Source: an uncultured Methylomirabilota bacterium | GTDB lineage: Bacteria; Methylomirabilota; Methylomirabilia; Methylomirabilales; 2-02-FULL-66-22 | Direction of reading: 5' to 3' | DNA length: 64,000 nt | Assembly (NCBI GenBank): GCA_963705305.1 | Contig: OY970067.1 | Location: 416,001-480,000 of the forward strand | Position numbers and translations under genes: made by a program | Shown: piece by piece, positions 10,190-19,160 of the stretch | Numbering within the stretch: position 1 is the stretch's first letter | How the letters are laid out: each line of letters opens with the position of its first letter | The notes under the pieces: model-generated | The model's input: the letters and a program-made list of their open reading frames with translations, nothing else | The model's database searches: none | Told to the model about the DNA's origin: nothing

Positions 10190-11092
10190 TCACCTGGGGC
10201 CCTGACCAACCGGAATCCCCTCATGCCACGTGAAAATGTCGAAATGGCGGAAGAGCTGCTCCTGAACCGCGTAGCGCTCCCTCACGGAATCGGCGGCCAA
10301 CCTGACATACTCTGCCAAGACCGCGTTTACGAGAGAAGTGGCGGCCGTGTACGAGTCGAACGACGAGGCCCCCCGGGTAGAGATGATGAATCTGAGGTCC
10401 GCCAACGGAGCCTGGGGGGCCATGGCCGAGTCGGTGAAAAGAATCACCTGACCGTCCACCTTCCGAAAGTACTCTGCCACCCTCCCGCTGAGCCGTGGGT
10501 AACGGCGGAAATCAAAGAGCCACAGGATGTCCCCCGACCGTGCCCGACTCAGGAGATCGGCAACATAGAAGTTCCCCATCGGGGCCAGGAAGACGTTCTC
10601 CCGCACCCCGTTGAGCTGGATGAAGGTGTAGAGGCAGAGCGAGAAGTGCTTCCGGGCGCCGAACACGAACACGGACCGTTCTCGATCCAGCAGAAGCCTC
10701 ATGAACTTGCGAACATCGGCGAGCGACAGGTCCTTGAAGGTCTCTTGGATGTTCTTGAGATCGAGATGCAGAACCTGCTGGAACAGCGCGGTCTCGTCCT
10801 TGACCGGCCTGATCCGCGCCGGCGTGCGCGCCAGGGGGGAGGCCATGAGGAAATTCACCGCCTCCCGAACATCCTCATGGGCACCCTTGATGCTGCCGTA
10901 CCCGATCTTGGGGAAAAAGCGCGAGACGGTGGAGACATTCAGATTGAGCGCCTTGGCAATCGACGAGGCATTCTCGAGGAGTCCGGTGGGATACGAGCGC
11001 AGCAGGTAATCGGCGATCTTCCGGTCGCTGGGCGAGAGGGAGCCGCGGGCCCGGTGGATGCGCTCAGTGAAGGCGAGCTTGGGATTCTTCAT
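10190..11092 (-). CDS. MurR/RpiR family transcriptional regulator
   Basis: LSPSDRKIADY..STVSRF..GY HTH followed by SIS domain (FRRY, TDS). Confidence 0.92.
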   Translation of the reverse strand: MKNPKLAFTERIHRARGSLSPSDRKIADYLLRSYPTGLLENASSIAKALNLNVSTVSRFFPKIGYGSIKGAHEDVREAVNFLMASPLARTPARIRPVKDETALFQQVLHLDLKNIQETFKDLSLADVRKFMRLLLDRERSVFVFGARKHFSLCLYTFIQLNGVRENVFLAPMGNFYVADLLSRARSGDILWLFDFRRYPRLSGRVAEYFRKVDGQVILFTDSAMAPQAPLADLRFIISTRGASSFDSYTAATSLVNAVLAEYVRLAADSVRERYAVQEQLFRHFDIFTWHEGIPVGQGPR

Positions 11093-11136
11093 GCAAACCT
11101 TTTTGCATTAGTCCGCTTGTGTGCAAAGAGTTTGCA
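11092..11136. promoter_or_regulatory. Two palindromic operators TGCAAA-N3/4-TTTGCA, probably RpiR sites
   Basis: TGCAAACCTTTTTGCA at 11092-11107 and TGCAAAGAGTTTGCA at 11122-11136; minus-strand TTGACA at 11153-11158. Confidence 0.7.
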
Positions 11137-11581
11137 GCGGTTTCGGCCGGCCTGTCAACGGGGGGGTGCAGGCGATCGTGCAAAGGTATGGCTTTTCGAA
11201 CAGCGCGATAGCACCCGCCGGGTCAGCCGGGGTGATTCGACGCCGCCCGAAACCCTGGTCATTTCGAAATTGAAAGGGCCATCTCGGTGCCTTGGCGGCG
11301 AGAGCTTCGGATTGGGTCAGTGATCGCGAAAGGCCGGGATGTCGATCGGATTGAGAAGGGTGTGGGTCGCGGAGCCGAAGGGGAATCCCTCCAAGGAAGA
11401 CTCGCCGCAGGCCTTCCCTGACAAGCAGGTCGGCCTGTGACTGACCCGTGCTGACGAGGATCGAGCTGGACGCTCGGGATGTGGGGCAGGAGGCGGCGCC
11501 CGCTTGCTTACCGATCCCCCGACGCCGTCCGATCGTCCCGGCAGGCCCCTCGTGGCGGGCCACGATCGTCTTCCTGTCGGA

Positions 11582-12988
11582 TCAGAAGGGCCCCGTGGCG
11601 GTCCCGGCTCTTGGCGTTCCGCGCTGGCGCGACAGCCCCGCGGAGCCCACGCCCCTGCCTTTCGTCGCCCGCAAATACGAGACCAGGTTCATCGGCTGCC
11701 GGGTGAGCCCGAACTTCGCGCGGATGTTCTTCCGGTGAAACGCAATGGCGCTTGGCGACACTCCAAGCATCGCGGCGATCTCCTTGGTCCGCTTGCCCAG
11801 CCGCAATAGGTCCGCGATCTGCAATTCGGTCGGGGTCAGCCGCATCCTCCAGGATTCCACCTGCTCGCCAAAGGACGAGGTGACGTTGCGGAGGTTGGCC
11901 TCCATGACCTCTACCAACACCCGCTGATCGGTGCTGAGGGGAGTCGTTTTGAGGTTCGCCACGTACGCCAAAACCAGCTCTTCCAGGGTGGTGCGCACGC
12001 CCGCCAGCCGCAGCTGCGCCTCATGCTCCCGGTGTTCCATCAGGGTCGTCAAGGCGGCATTCAGTTTTTCGATCTTCTGCAGCTGAAGCGAGATCTCTCG
12101 ATCCTTCTGCAGGAGGGCCTCCTCGGCCTGCACGCGGGCGGTCACGTCGCGATTGACACAGAGCACGCATGGCTTCCCATCGTAGCGCATCGGCGTGATG
12201 GCGGTTTCCACGATCAGCCGGGACCGATCGGGGAGGACCATCGTCTGGCGCCTGGGCGGATCCGGGAGGCCGGTTTCGAGCGCCGTGCGCGTCCGCGTGA
12301 GGAGCACCTCGTGATCGTCGGCATGGAAGAGGCCGAGCACCGAGCGGCCGTCGAGATCCTCCGGGCGCAGGGCGCCGACGAGGCGGGTGGCCGCCGGATT
12401 TGCGAAGACGACCCGGCCGCCGGTGTCCGACACGATCACGGCATCGGGGAGGAACTCGATGAGGCTGCGATAGCGCTCCTCCGCCTCGCGCAGCTCCTGC
12501 TCCGCCAGTTTCGCCGTGGTGTTGTCGAAGAGATAGCCGCGGATCTGCGTGAGGTCCCCGTGCGAGTCCCGCACGCCCACCACGTTCTCGACCACGTGGA
12601 TGCAGACGCCGTCGCGTCGCTGCCGCACGCATTCGTAGTGCTCGAGCTTCCCCCCCGTGCGGAGCGCGGCAAGGAAGCTGTCGTAGTCTTTGGGGCGGGG
12701 ATGCAGCGCCCGCAGGTTCGTCCGAAGCGCGTCCTGCCGGCTCGCAAATCCGAGGATCGCGACGAAGGCGGGGTTGCAGTCTAGAATCTTCCCCTCCCGG
12801 GTGGCAAGGTAATCGCCGGTGAGGTCGTCTTCAAAGAGTCGCCGATACCGCTCTTCACTTTCCCGAAGCGCCTGCTCTGCGCGCGCCGACTTGCTCAGCC
12901 GGCGTCCGCACGCCTCCGCTTGGGCCAGTTTCTTTTGGAGCGCGGCGATTTCCCCCAGCAGGCTTTCACGCGAGGCTGACTGTCTCAC
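11582..12988 (-). CDS. PAS-PAS-LuxR HTH transcriptional regulator (copy 1)
   Basis: Two PAS/PAC domains, then LTPTELQIADLLRLGKRTKEIA..FHRKNIRAKFGL; GTG start with GGAG RBS chosen. Confidence 0.9.
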   Translation of the reverse strand: MRQSASRESLLGEIAALQKKLAQAEACGRRLSKSARAEQALRESEERYRRLFEDDLTGDYLATREGKILDCNPAFVAILGFASRQDALRTNLRALHPRPKDYDSFLAALRTGGKLEHYECVRQRRDGVCIHVVENVVGVRDSHGDLTQIRGYLFDNTTAKLAEQELREAEERYRSLIEFLPDAVIVSDTGGRVVFANPAATRLVGALRPEDLDGRSVLGLFHADDHEVLLTRTRTALETGLPDPPRRQTMVLPDRSRLIVETAITPMRYDGKPCVLCVNRDVTARVQAEEALLQKDREISLQLQKIEKLNAALTTLMEHREHEAQLRLAGVRTTLEELVLAYVANLKTTPLSTDQRVLVEVMEANLRNVTSSFGEQVESWRMRLTPTELQIADLLRLGKRTKEIAAMLGVSPSAIAFHRKNIRAKFGLTRQPMNLVSYLRATKGRGVGSAGLSRQRGTPRAGTATGPF

Positions 12989-13132
12989 CTGACGCTCCAA
13001 TTGATACAACTGGTACTTAGAGCAGTGAATAGTAGGAAACACCTCTTGCTTTATACTATTTTTACACTCATTTGTCCATCCGAGACATGAACATGCTCAG
13101 TTATCGTTGATTACAGCATTTAGTATGAGGAT

Positions 13133-13163
13133 TTACCTACTCTTCCCCTGACCTTACCTACTC
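13133..13163. promoter_or_regulatory. Direct repeat TTACCTACTC x2 in AT-rich divergent promoter
   Basis: Exact 10-mers at 13133-13142 and 13154-13163, 21-bp period. Confidence 0.55.
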
Positions 13164-13223
13164 AACAAGAATTTTTCAAGATTCGATAGGATGACGCTAA
13201 CCGTGGTATTTCACGGGCAGCCG

Positions 13224-13272
13224 GGAGATGGCGGCCTCTGGGTTCCGACGCGGCGGATTCAGGCGATGCCAC
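13224..13272 (+). ncRNA. Possible degenerate fluoride (crcB-type) riboswitch
   Basis: GGAG-ATGGCGGC-CTCT P1, TCCG/CGGA P2, 3' GATGCC able to pair with loop GGCG; several conserved bases differ. Confidence 0.3.
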
Positions 13273-13342
13273 ATGTGAAGCGAGGGAAGGTGGACCCGTT
13301 CCGGCGCCGGTGCCCCGCCATCCGTCGTATCTCGGGGAAGGG

Positions 13343-15667
13343 ATGATGCCACAGTGTGACCTGCTGCTCCCCGTCATCGTGTTCGCTCCTTTCGTGTTCG
13401 CCGCGGTGGCGCTTGCCATCGGCCGTCCGGCAGGACAGCGCACCGGACTGCTCATGGTCGGGAGCGCTGCGGCCTCTTTTGGCGGTAGCCTGTTCCTCGC
13501 CACGGTGCACGGCCCGGTCGGTTTCAGCCGCCCATGGATTCCCGGGCTCGGTGTGGCCCTGAGCCTGCGGGCTGATCCGTTCGGTCTGATCTTCGCCCTG
13601 CTCATCTCGGGGATCGGGGCCTGCGTGGGCATCTATTCCATCGCCTACATGCCCAGGCTGGCCCCCAGTCGTCTCGGCCAGTTCTACGCCGCCCTGCTCG
13701 CCTTCATGGGCGCCATGCTCGGCGTGGTATTGGCCGATGACCTGATCCTCCTCTTCATCTTCTGGGAGATCACCAGCCTGACCTCCTTCCTGCTGATCGG
13801 CTTCTGGCACGAGCAGGAGGCGGCGCGCAAGGGGGCCCTCACCGCCCTCCTCGTCACCGTCCTGGGCGGCCTGACGATGATGGTCGGCTTCCTCATCATC
13901 GGAATCACGACGGAGACGTTCAGCCTCAGCGCGCTGACGCAGCACGCGGAGCTTGCGCGGCGCCTGACCGAGTCCTCCCTCTGCCTCCCGGCCCTGCTCC
14001 TCGTGCTGATCGGCGCCATGACCAAATCCGCCCAGTGGCCGTTCCACTTTTGGCTGCCTGGCGCCATGGTGGCTCCGACACCGGTCTCCACCTACCTGCA
14101 CGCGGCCACCATGGTCAAGGCGGGCATTTTTCTGCTGGGGCGGATGCTGCCCATCTTCGGCGGAAGCCCGGCCTGGGCGGGGGCGCTGGTCCCCGTAGGG
14201 CTCGCCACCTTCCTGCTGGGTGCCGTCCAGGCCGTTCACGAGGACGACCTCAAGGGCTTGCTGGCGCGGGCCACGGTCTCCACGTTGGGGATGATCACCA
14301 TGCTCTACGGCCTGGGAGGGGCCGCCCAGGATGTCCTCCAGATCCTCTCCCACGCCACCTACAAGGGCGCCTTGTTCCTGGTTGCCGGCATCATCGAGCA
14401 CGTCACGCACACCCGGGACCTCCGCCAGCTCGGGGGCCTGCGACGGCGCATGCCCGTGACCTTCGCCCTCTGCCTGCTGGGGGCCCTGTCCATGGCCGGA
14501 CTGCCGCCCCTGTTCGGCTTCCTAGCCAAGGAGTCCCTGTACGCCACGCTCCTGCACGCATCCGCCCTGCGCGGATGGGTCCCCCCGATGCTTGTCCTCG
14601 GGTTGAGCGTCCTCGCCAATGCCTTCATCTTTGCCGCAGGATGCCGCCTGGTTATCGAGGTCTTCCTGGGCCGGCCGACCGCCCATACCGAACATGCCCA
14701 CGAAGCCGGCCCCGGCCTGTGGCTTCCGGCCGCGGCCCTGGCGGGAGGTGCGCTCCTCCTGGGCCTCATGGCCCCCGCCGCCGGCCGCCTCGTCAGCCGC
14801 TTTTCCTCGGACCCGCGGGCCGAGGTGCACCTCTCCCTCGTCCCCGCTCACCTGGAGCCGCTGGCGCTTTCCCTACTGACGATCGCCCTGGGCATCGGGA
14901 TCTACGCCGGCCGGCGCGCCGCTGTGCGCTGGTGGCAGGGGGCCACACTGCCCACCATGCAGCGTGTGTGGGACGGACTGCTGGAGAAGATCACCGAGGG
15001 CGCCGTGGCCTTCAGCGTCCGCTGGCAGAGCGGGTCGCTGCGCTGGTACCTCGCCGGCTCACTGGTGTTTGCCGTTGGGTTGTCTGGGTACGCGTTCGAG
15101 CGGGCCGGAATCTCCGTTCTCGAGGTGCCCATCAGCCTCCGGGAAATGACGTGGTACGGTCTCACGCTCTGCGTGATGCTAGGGATGACGGCTGTCCTGG
15201 TCGCCCGCTCCGCCTCTCGCCTGGGGGCCGCCATCGCGCTCACGTCGAACGGCTTCCTGACCGCCCTGCTCTTCGTGGTCTACCGCTCTCCCGATATCCT
15301 GCTCACCCAGATTCTGATCGAGACCGTCTCCACGATCTTCCTGCTCCTCATCCTGTACTTCATGCCCCCCTTCCGTCCCGAGGGCCTTCCCTCCATCCGG
15401 CGGTTGGTCAACCTGGCCGTCTCCGTGGGCGTGGGCGCCGTGATGTTCAGCTTCATCCTGCTCAGCACCAGCCCGCAGTTCCGGGCGGTCCACAATCTGG
15501 GGATCGACTACCTTCGCCGCTCCTTCACGGAGGCGGGGGGCGCCAACGCGGTGAACGTCATCATCGTGGATTTCCGGGCCATGGATACCAACGGGGAGGT
15601 CACCGTCCTGGTCCTGGTGGGTCTTCTCGTGTACGGCCTGTTGCGAACGCGGCGGAGGGCGACATGA
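13343..15667 (+). CDS. mrpA: Mrp Na+/H+ antiporter subunit A
   Basis: FWEITS, TKSAQWPFHFWLPGAMVAPTPVSTYLHAATMVKAG, and C-terminal NVIIVDFRAMDTNGE. Confidence 0.95.
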   Translation: MMPQCDLLLPVIVFAPFVFAAVALAIGRPAGQRTGLLMVGSAAASFGGSLFLATVHGPVGFSRPWIPGLGVALSLRADPFGLIFALLISGIGACVGIYSIAYMPRLAPSRLGQFYAALLAFMGAMLGVVLADDLILLFIFWEITSLTSFLLIGFWHEQEAARKGALTALLVTVLGGLTMMVGFLIIGITTETFSLSALTQHAELARRLTESSLCLPALLLVLIGAMTKSAQWPFHFWLPGAMVAPTPVSTYLHAATMVKAGIFLLGRMLPIFGGSPAWAGALVPVGLATFLLGAVQAVHEDDLKGLLARATVSTLGMITMLYGLGGAAQDVLQILSHATYKGALFLVAGIIEHVTHTRDLRQLGGLRRRMPVTFALCLLGALSMAGLPPLFGFLAKESLYATLLHASALRGWVPPMLVLGLSVLANAFIFAAGCRLVIEVFLGRPTAHTEHAHEAGPGLWLPAAALAGGALLLGLMAPAAGRLVSRFSSDPRAEVHLSLVPAHLEPLALSLLTIALGIGIYAGRRAAVRWWQGATLPTMQRVWDGLLEKITEGAVAFSVRWQSGSLRWYLAGSLVFAVGLSGYAFERAGISVLEVPISLREMTWYGLTLCVMLGMTAVLVARSASRLGAAIALTSNGFLTALLFVVYRSPDILLTQILIETVSTIFLLLILYFMPPFRPEGLPSIRRLVNLAVSVGVGAVMFSFILLSTSPQFRAVHNLGIDYLRRSFTEAGGANAVNVIIVDFRAMDTNGEVTVLVLVGLLVYGLLRTRRRAT

Positions 15668-16080
15668 GCGAAGATCCGATCCTGCGGACCGTGGCCCGCA
15701 TTGCAGTCCCCCTCACCCTCTGGGTCTCCCTGGTGATCTTTCTGCAGGGACATAACCTCCCCGGCGGCGGCTTTATCGCCGGGGTCATGGCGGGGGCCGC
15801 GGGGGCCATGCATCTCCTGGCCTTCGGGACGGCCAGGGCGGCGCGGTATCGGTGGTGGAAGGTCTCGGTTTTCGGGCTGCTCGTGTCGGTCGCCACCGGC
15901 ACCGTGCCCCTGCTCATGGGCCGGCCATACATGCAGGATGCCATCTGGCACTTCGACCCGCCGGTCATCGGACTCTATGAGCTGCCCACGGCCACGTTCT
16001 TCGACCTGGGGGTGTACCTGATCGTGGTGGGAACCCTGATGACCATTTTCGTAGAGCTGGCCCAGGAGGAGGGACACTAA
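15664..16080 (+). CDS. mrpB: Mrp subunit B
   Basis: GHNLPGGGFIAG and FDLGVYLIV; ATGA overlap with mrpA. Confidence 0.93.
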   Translation: MSEDPILRTVARIAVPLTLWVSLVIFLQGHNLPGGGFIAGVMAGAAGAMHLLAFGTARAARYRWWKVSVFGLLVSVATGTVPLLMGRPYMQDAIWHFDPPVIGLYELPTATFFDLGVYLIVVGTLMTIFVELAQEEGH

Positions 16081-16586
16081 TGGAGCTGCCAATGGCGGCG
16101 GTCATTGCAATACTGTTTGCCGCCGGGACCTCCCTGATCTTGCGGCCCAACCTCATCCGGCTGGTGATGGGCTTCGGCCTGTACTCCAACGCCACCAATC
16201 TCCTGCTGATCACCGTCGGGGGATATACCCGCACCAGCAGCGCCCCCTTCGTGGGGCCGGAGACCCGGACAGTGGCGGGGCTGATGGACCCCCTCCCGCC
16301 GGATATCATCCTCACCGCCATCGTCATCAGTTTTGCCGTGGGCGCCCTGACGCTCATCGTGTGTTACCGCGTGTACCTGGACCACGGCACCGACAACCCC
16401 CAGGAACTCCCGGTAGACGACGACTTCGGTCAATCGGCAGACGCGCTTTCCGCCCTCGCCAGCAGTCCGGCGGATCGCCGCGACGGCCGCGGGCGGATGC
16501 CCCGGTCGCTCCGCCTCCTCCTGCGTGAAGAGGGGCGGCCGGAGACGGGAGGAATTATGCGGGACCAACCGGTGGAGCGGCGATGA
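16080..16586 (+). CDS. mrpC: Mrp subunit C with hydrophilic C-terminal tail
   Basis: DPLPPDIILTAIVISFA and GTDN motifs. Confidence 0.92.
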   Translation: MELPMAAVIAILFAAGTSLILRPNLIRLVMGFGLYSNATNLLLITVGGYTRTSSAPFVGPETRTVAGLMDPLPPDIILTAIVISFAVGALTLIVCYRVYLDHGTDNPQELPVDDDFGQSADALSALASSPADRRDGRGRMPRSLRLLLREEGRPETGGIMRDQPVERR

Positions 16587-18151
16587 ATAACCTGATTCTC
16601 GCGATCCTGGTCCCGTTCCTCACCGCCATCATCCTGGCGCTCTTGAACGGCCATTCCCGCCTGGAGAAGGCGATGGCTCTCGCCTCCAGCCTCGGGTTAA
16701 CGGTCTGGGCGTTCTGGCTCCTCTTCTACGTGGACGCGCACGGCGTCCAGGCCACGATCATCGGCGGGTGGAAGGCTCCCTGGGGCATCGCGTTCGTCGC
16801 CGACCGCCTGACAACCATCATGCTCTGCCTCTCCACTGGGCTGGGGACGCTGGTGCAGCTCTACTCCTTCTGGACCGTCACCGAAAAGCAACAGCGCTAC
16901 TTCTTCTACCCCCTGATGCAGGCCATGCTCCTCGGCGTCAATTGGTCTTTCATCACCGGCGACGTGTTCAATCTGTTCGTGGCCTACGAAGTGATGCTGA
17001 TGGCCTCCTACGGGGTCATGATGGTAGGCGCCAGTCCGCCCCAGGTCCGCCAGACCCTGAAGTACATCGCCATCAACAGCATCGGCTCGACCCTGTTCGT
17101 GGTCGGCTGCGGGGTGATCTACGCCACCGTGGGTACCCTCAACATGGCCGACCTGGCCGCCCGCACCGCCCAGATGACGGGGCAGCGCGCCGGCATGGTC
17201 ACCGCCGCCTCCATGCTTTTGCTTCTGGTTTTTGCCTTGAAGGCCGCCACGTTCCCGCTGATCTACTGGCTGCCGGATTCGTACCCGGTCGTGCCCACGG
17301 GAGTGAACGGATACTTCGCCGGCATCCTGACCAAGGTGGGGGTCTATTCCCTGCTGCGCGTCTTCGTCCTGTGCTTCCGGCAGGAAGGACATCAGTTCGC
17401 CCTGAACGTCCTCCTGTTCCTGTCGGGGCTGACCATGCTCCTGGGGGTATTGGGGGCGATGTGTCGCTGGGACATCCGCCGCATCCTCTCCTGGCACATC
17501 ATCAGCCAGGTGGGCTACATGGTCATGGGGATCGGCCTGGCGGGGAGCCCGGACCCGCGGGTGGTACAACTGGCGGTGGCCGGCACGATCTTCTACGTGG
17601 TCCACCACATCGTGGTGAAGTCGTGCCTGTTCCTGGTGGGCGGGATCGCCGAGCGGGTGAGCGGCTCGCAGCACCTCAAGCAGATGGGGGGCATCCTGGA
17701 CCTGGCTCCGGGGGTCGCCGGCCTTTTCATCGTGGCCGCCCTGTCCCTGGCCGGCATGCCCCCTTTCTCCGGCTTCCTCAGCAAGGTCCTGCTGGTTCAG
17801 GCGGGCCTGGCCGGCGGGCACTATGTGATCGTCGCGGTCGCGGTCATCACCAGCTTCTTCACCCTGTACTCCATGAGCAAGATCTGGGCCTACGCCTTCT
17901 GGCGCACGCCCAACCGGGGGCAGGCGCGAGGCTACCGGGGCATGATGGCGCCTACGGCTGCGCTGGTCGCCTTCACCATCGCCATGGGCCTGTTCGCCCA
18001 GCCGTTTCTCGGCCTGGCAACGCGCGCCGCCGACACGCTGACCCGGCCCGACGAGTATATCCGGACCGTCCTGGGCGTACAGCAGAACCGCCAGCCGGCC
18101 CTGGCCCGGTTCGACGGCGCGCTGCTGGCACGCCGCGAGGAGGCGCACTGA
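16583..18151 (+). CDS. mrpD: Mrp subunit D
   Basis: DVFNLFVAYEVML, WLPDSYP, LTKVGVY and LAGMPPFSGF motifs. Confidence 0.95.
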   Translation: MNNLILAILVPFLTAIILALLNGHSRLEKAMALASSLGLTVWAFWLLFYVDAHGVQATIIGGWKAPWGIAFVADRLTTIMLCLSTGLGTLVQLYSFWTVTEKQQRYFFYPLMQAMLLGVNWSFITGDVFNLFVAYEVMLMASYGVMMVGASPPQVRQTLKYIAINSIGSTLFVVGCGVIYATVGTLNMADLAARTAQMTGQRAGMVTAASMLLLLVFALKAATFPLIYWLPDSYPVVPTGVNGYFAGILTKVGVYSLLRVFVLCFRQEGHQFALNVLLFLSGLTMLLGVLGAMCRWDIRRILSWHIISQVGYMVMGIGLAGSPDPRVVQLAVAGTIFYVVHHIVVKSCLFLVGGIAERVSGSQHLKQMGGILDLAPGVAGLFIVAALSLAGMPPFSGFLSKVLLVQAGLAGGHYVIVAVAVITSFFTLYSMSKIWAYAFWRTPNRGQARGYRGMMAPTAALVAFTIAMGLFAQPFLGLATRAADTLTRPDEYIRTVLGVQQNRQPALARFDGALLARREEAH

Positions 18152-18484
18152 TGCTCCGCCGCCTGATCTTCTTCGCCATCTATTTCCTCCGGTTCTTGAA
18201 AGAGCTGACCCTGGCCAACTACCAGGTGGCCAAGCTGGTCCTCTCGCCGGCCGCCCGGCTCCGGCCGGGATTCGTGGCGGTTCCCCTGACCGCCCGGACG
18301 GACTTCGAAATCACCAGCTTCGCCAACTCCATCACGCTGACCCCCGGCACGATCTCGGTATTCGTTCCGGAGGACCGCCGGGTCATCGTGATGCATGCCA
18401 TCGAACGTCGGGGAGGATCTGGACGTCCTGCGACAGGCCACCAAGGACGCCCTGGAGGCCCCGATTCTGCGCTTTACGCGCTGA
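18151..18484 (+). CDS. mrpE: Mrp subunit E with +1 frameshift near 18404
   Basis: ANSITLTPGT; removing one A gives a normal end HAIDVGEDLDVLRQATKDALEAPILRFTR*. Confidence 0.85.
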
Positions 18485-18495
18485 GGGTGTATGCC

Positions 18496-18771
18496 ATGAG
18501 CCCATTTCTCGCCATCGTCGTGACCCTCTGCCTGACCGCGCTCCTCCTGAGCGGGCTGCTGTGCCTGTACCGGATGCTGATCGGCCCGACGACCGCCGAC
18601 CGGGCCGTGGCCTTCGACAGTCTGGCCATGATCTTCATCGGCATCATCTGCGTGCTCTGCATCCAGTGGAGCTCGGTGCTCTACTTCGACGCCGTCTGGA
18701 TCCTGATGCTGGTCGGCTTCCTGGGGTCGGCCTCCATCGCCAAGTACCTGGAGAAGGGAAGGATCTTCTGA
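18496..18771 (+). CDS. mrpF: Mrp subunit F
   Basis: GPTTADRAVAFD, FLGS..AKYLEKG. Confidence 0.9.
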   Translation: MSPFLAIVVTLCLTALLLSGLLCLYRMLIGPTTADRAVAFDSLAMIFIGIICVLCIQWSSVLYFDAVWILMLVGFLGSASIAKYLEKGRIF

Positions 18772-19160
18772 TGCCAAGTCCCCACGAGATCCTGACCGCC
18801 GCCCTGCTCCTCACCGGCACGTTCCTGATCGTGCTCACCGGGGTCGGCCTGATCCGCTTCCCCGACGTGTTCTGCCGCATGCACGCCGCAGGGAAGGCCG
18901 GCACGCTCGGCGTGGTCCTCCTCGTGTTGGGGGCGGTGGTCCACTTCGCGGGCAGCGGGCAGGACATCTGGCTCCGGGGGATCCTCGCCGTCTTCTTCCA
19001 ATTCCTCACCGCGCCGGCTGCCACCCATCTCCTGGCACGCGCCGCATACGTCTGCGATTATCCCTTAGCGGCCGCGACCGCCGTGGACGAGCTCGGCGAC
19101 TACCTCGCCCCTCCGAGGGGCGCCGACCTCCTGGCGATCATGGAGAGAGAGGAGTCCAAG
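18771..19160 (+). CDS. mrpG: Mrp subunit G (no stop; reads in frame into USP)
   Basis: RFPDVFCRMHAAGKAGTLG and TAPAATHLLARAAY. Confidence 0.88.

Noticed and set aside
11245..11280. Hammerhead-like GCCC-GAAAC..GTC..TGAAA-GGGC
   Set aside because: Lacks the CUGANGA core and the stems are too short.
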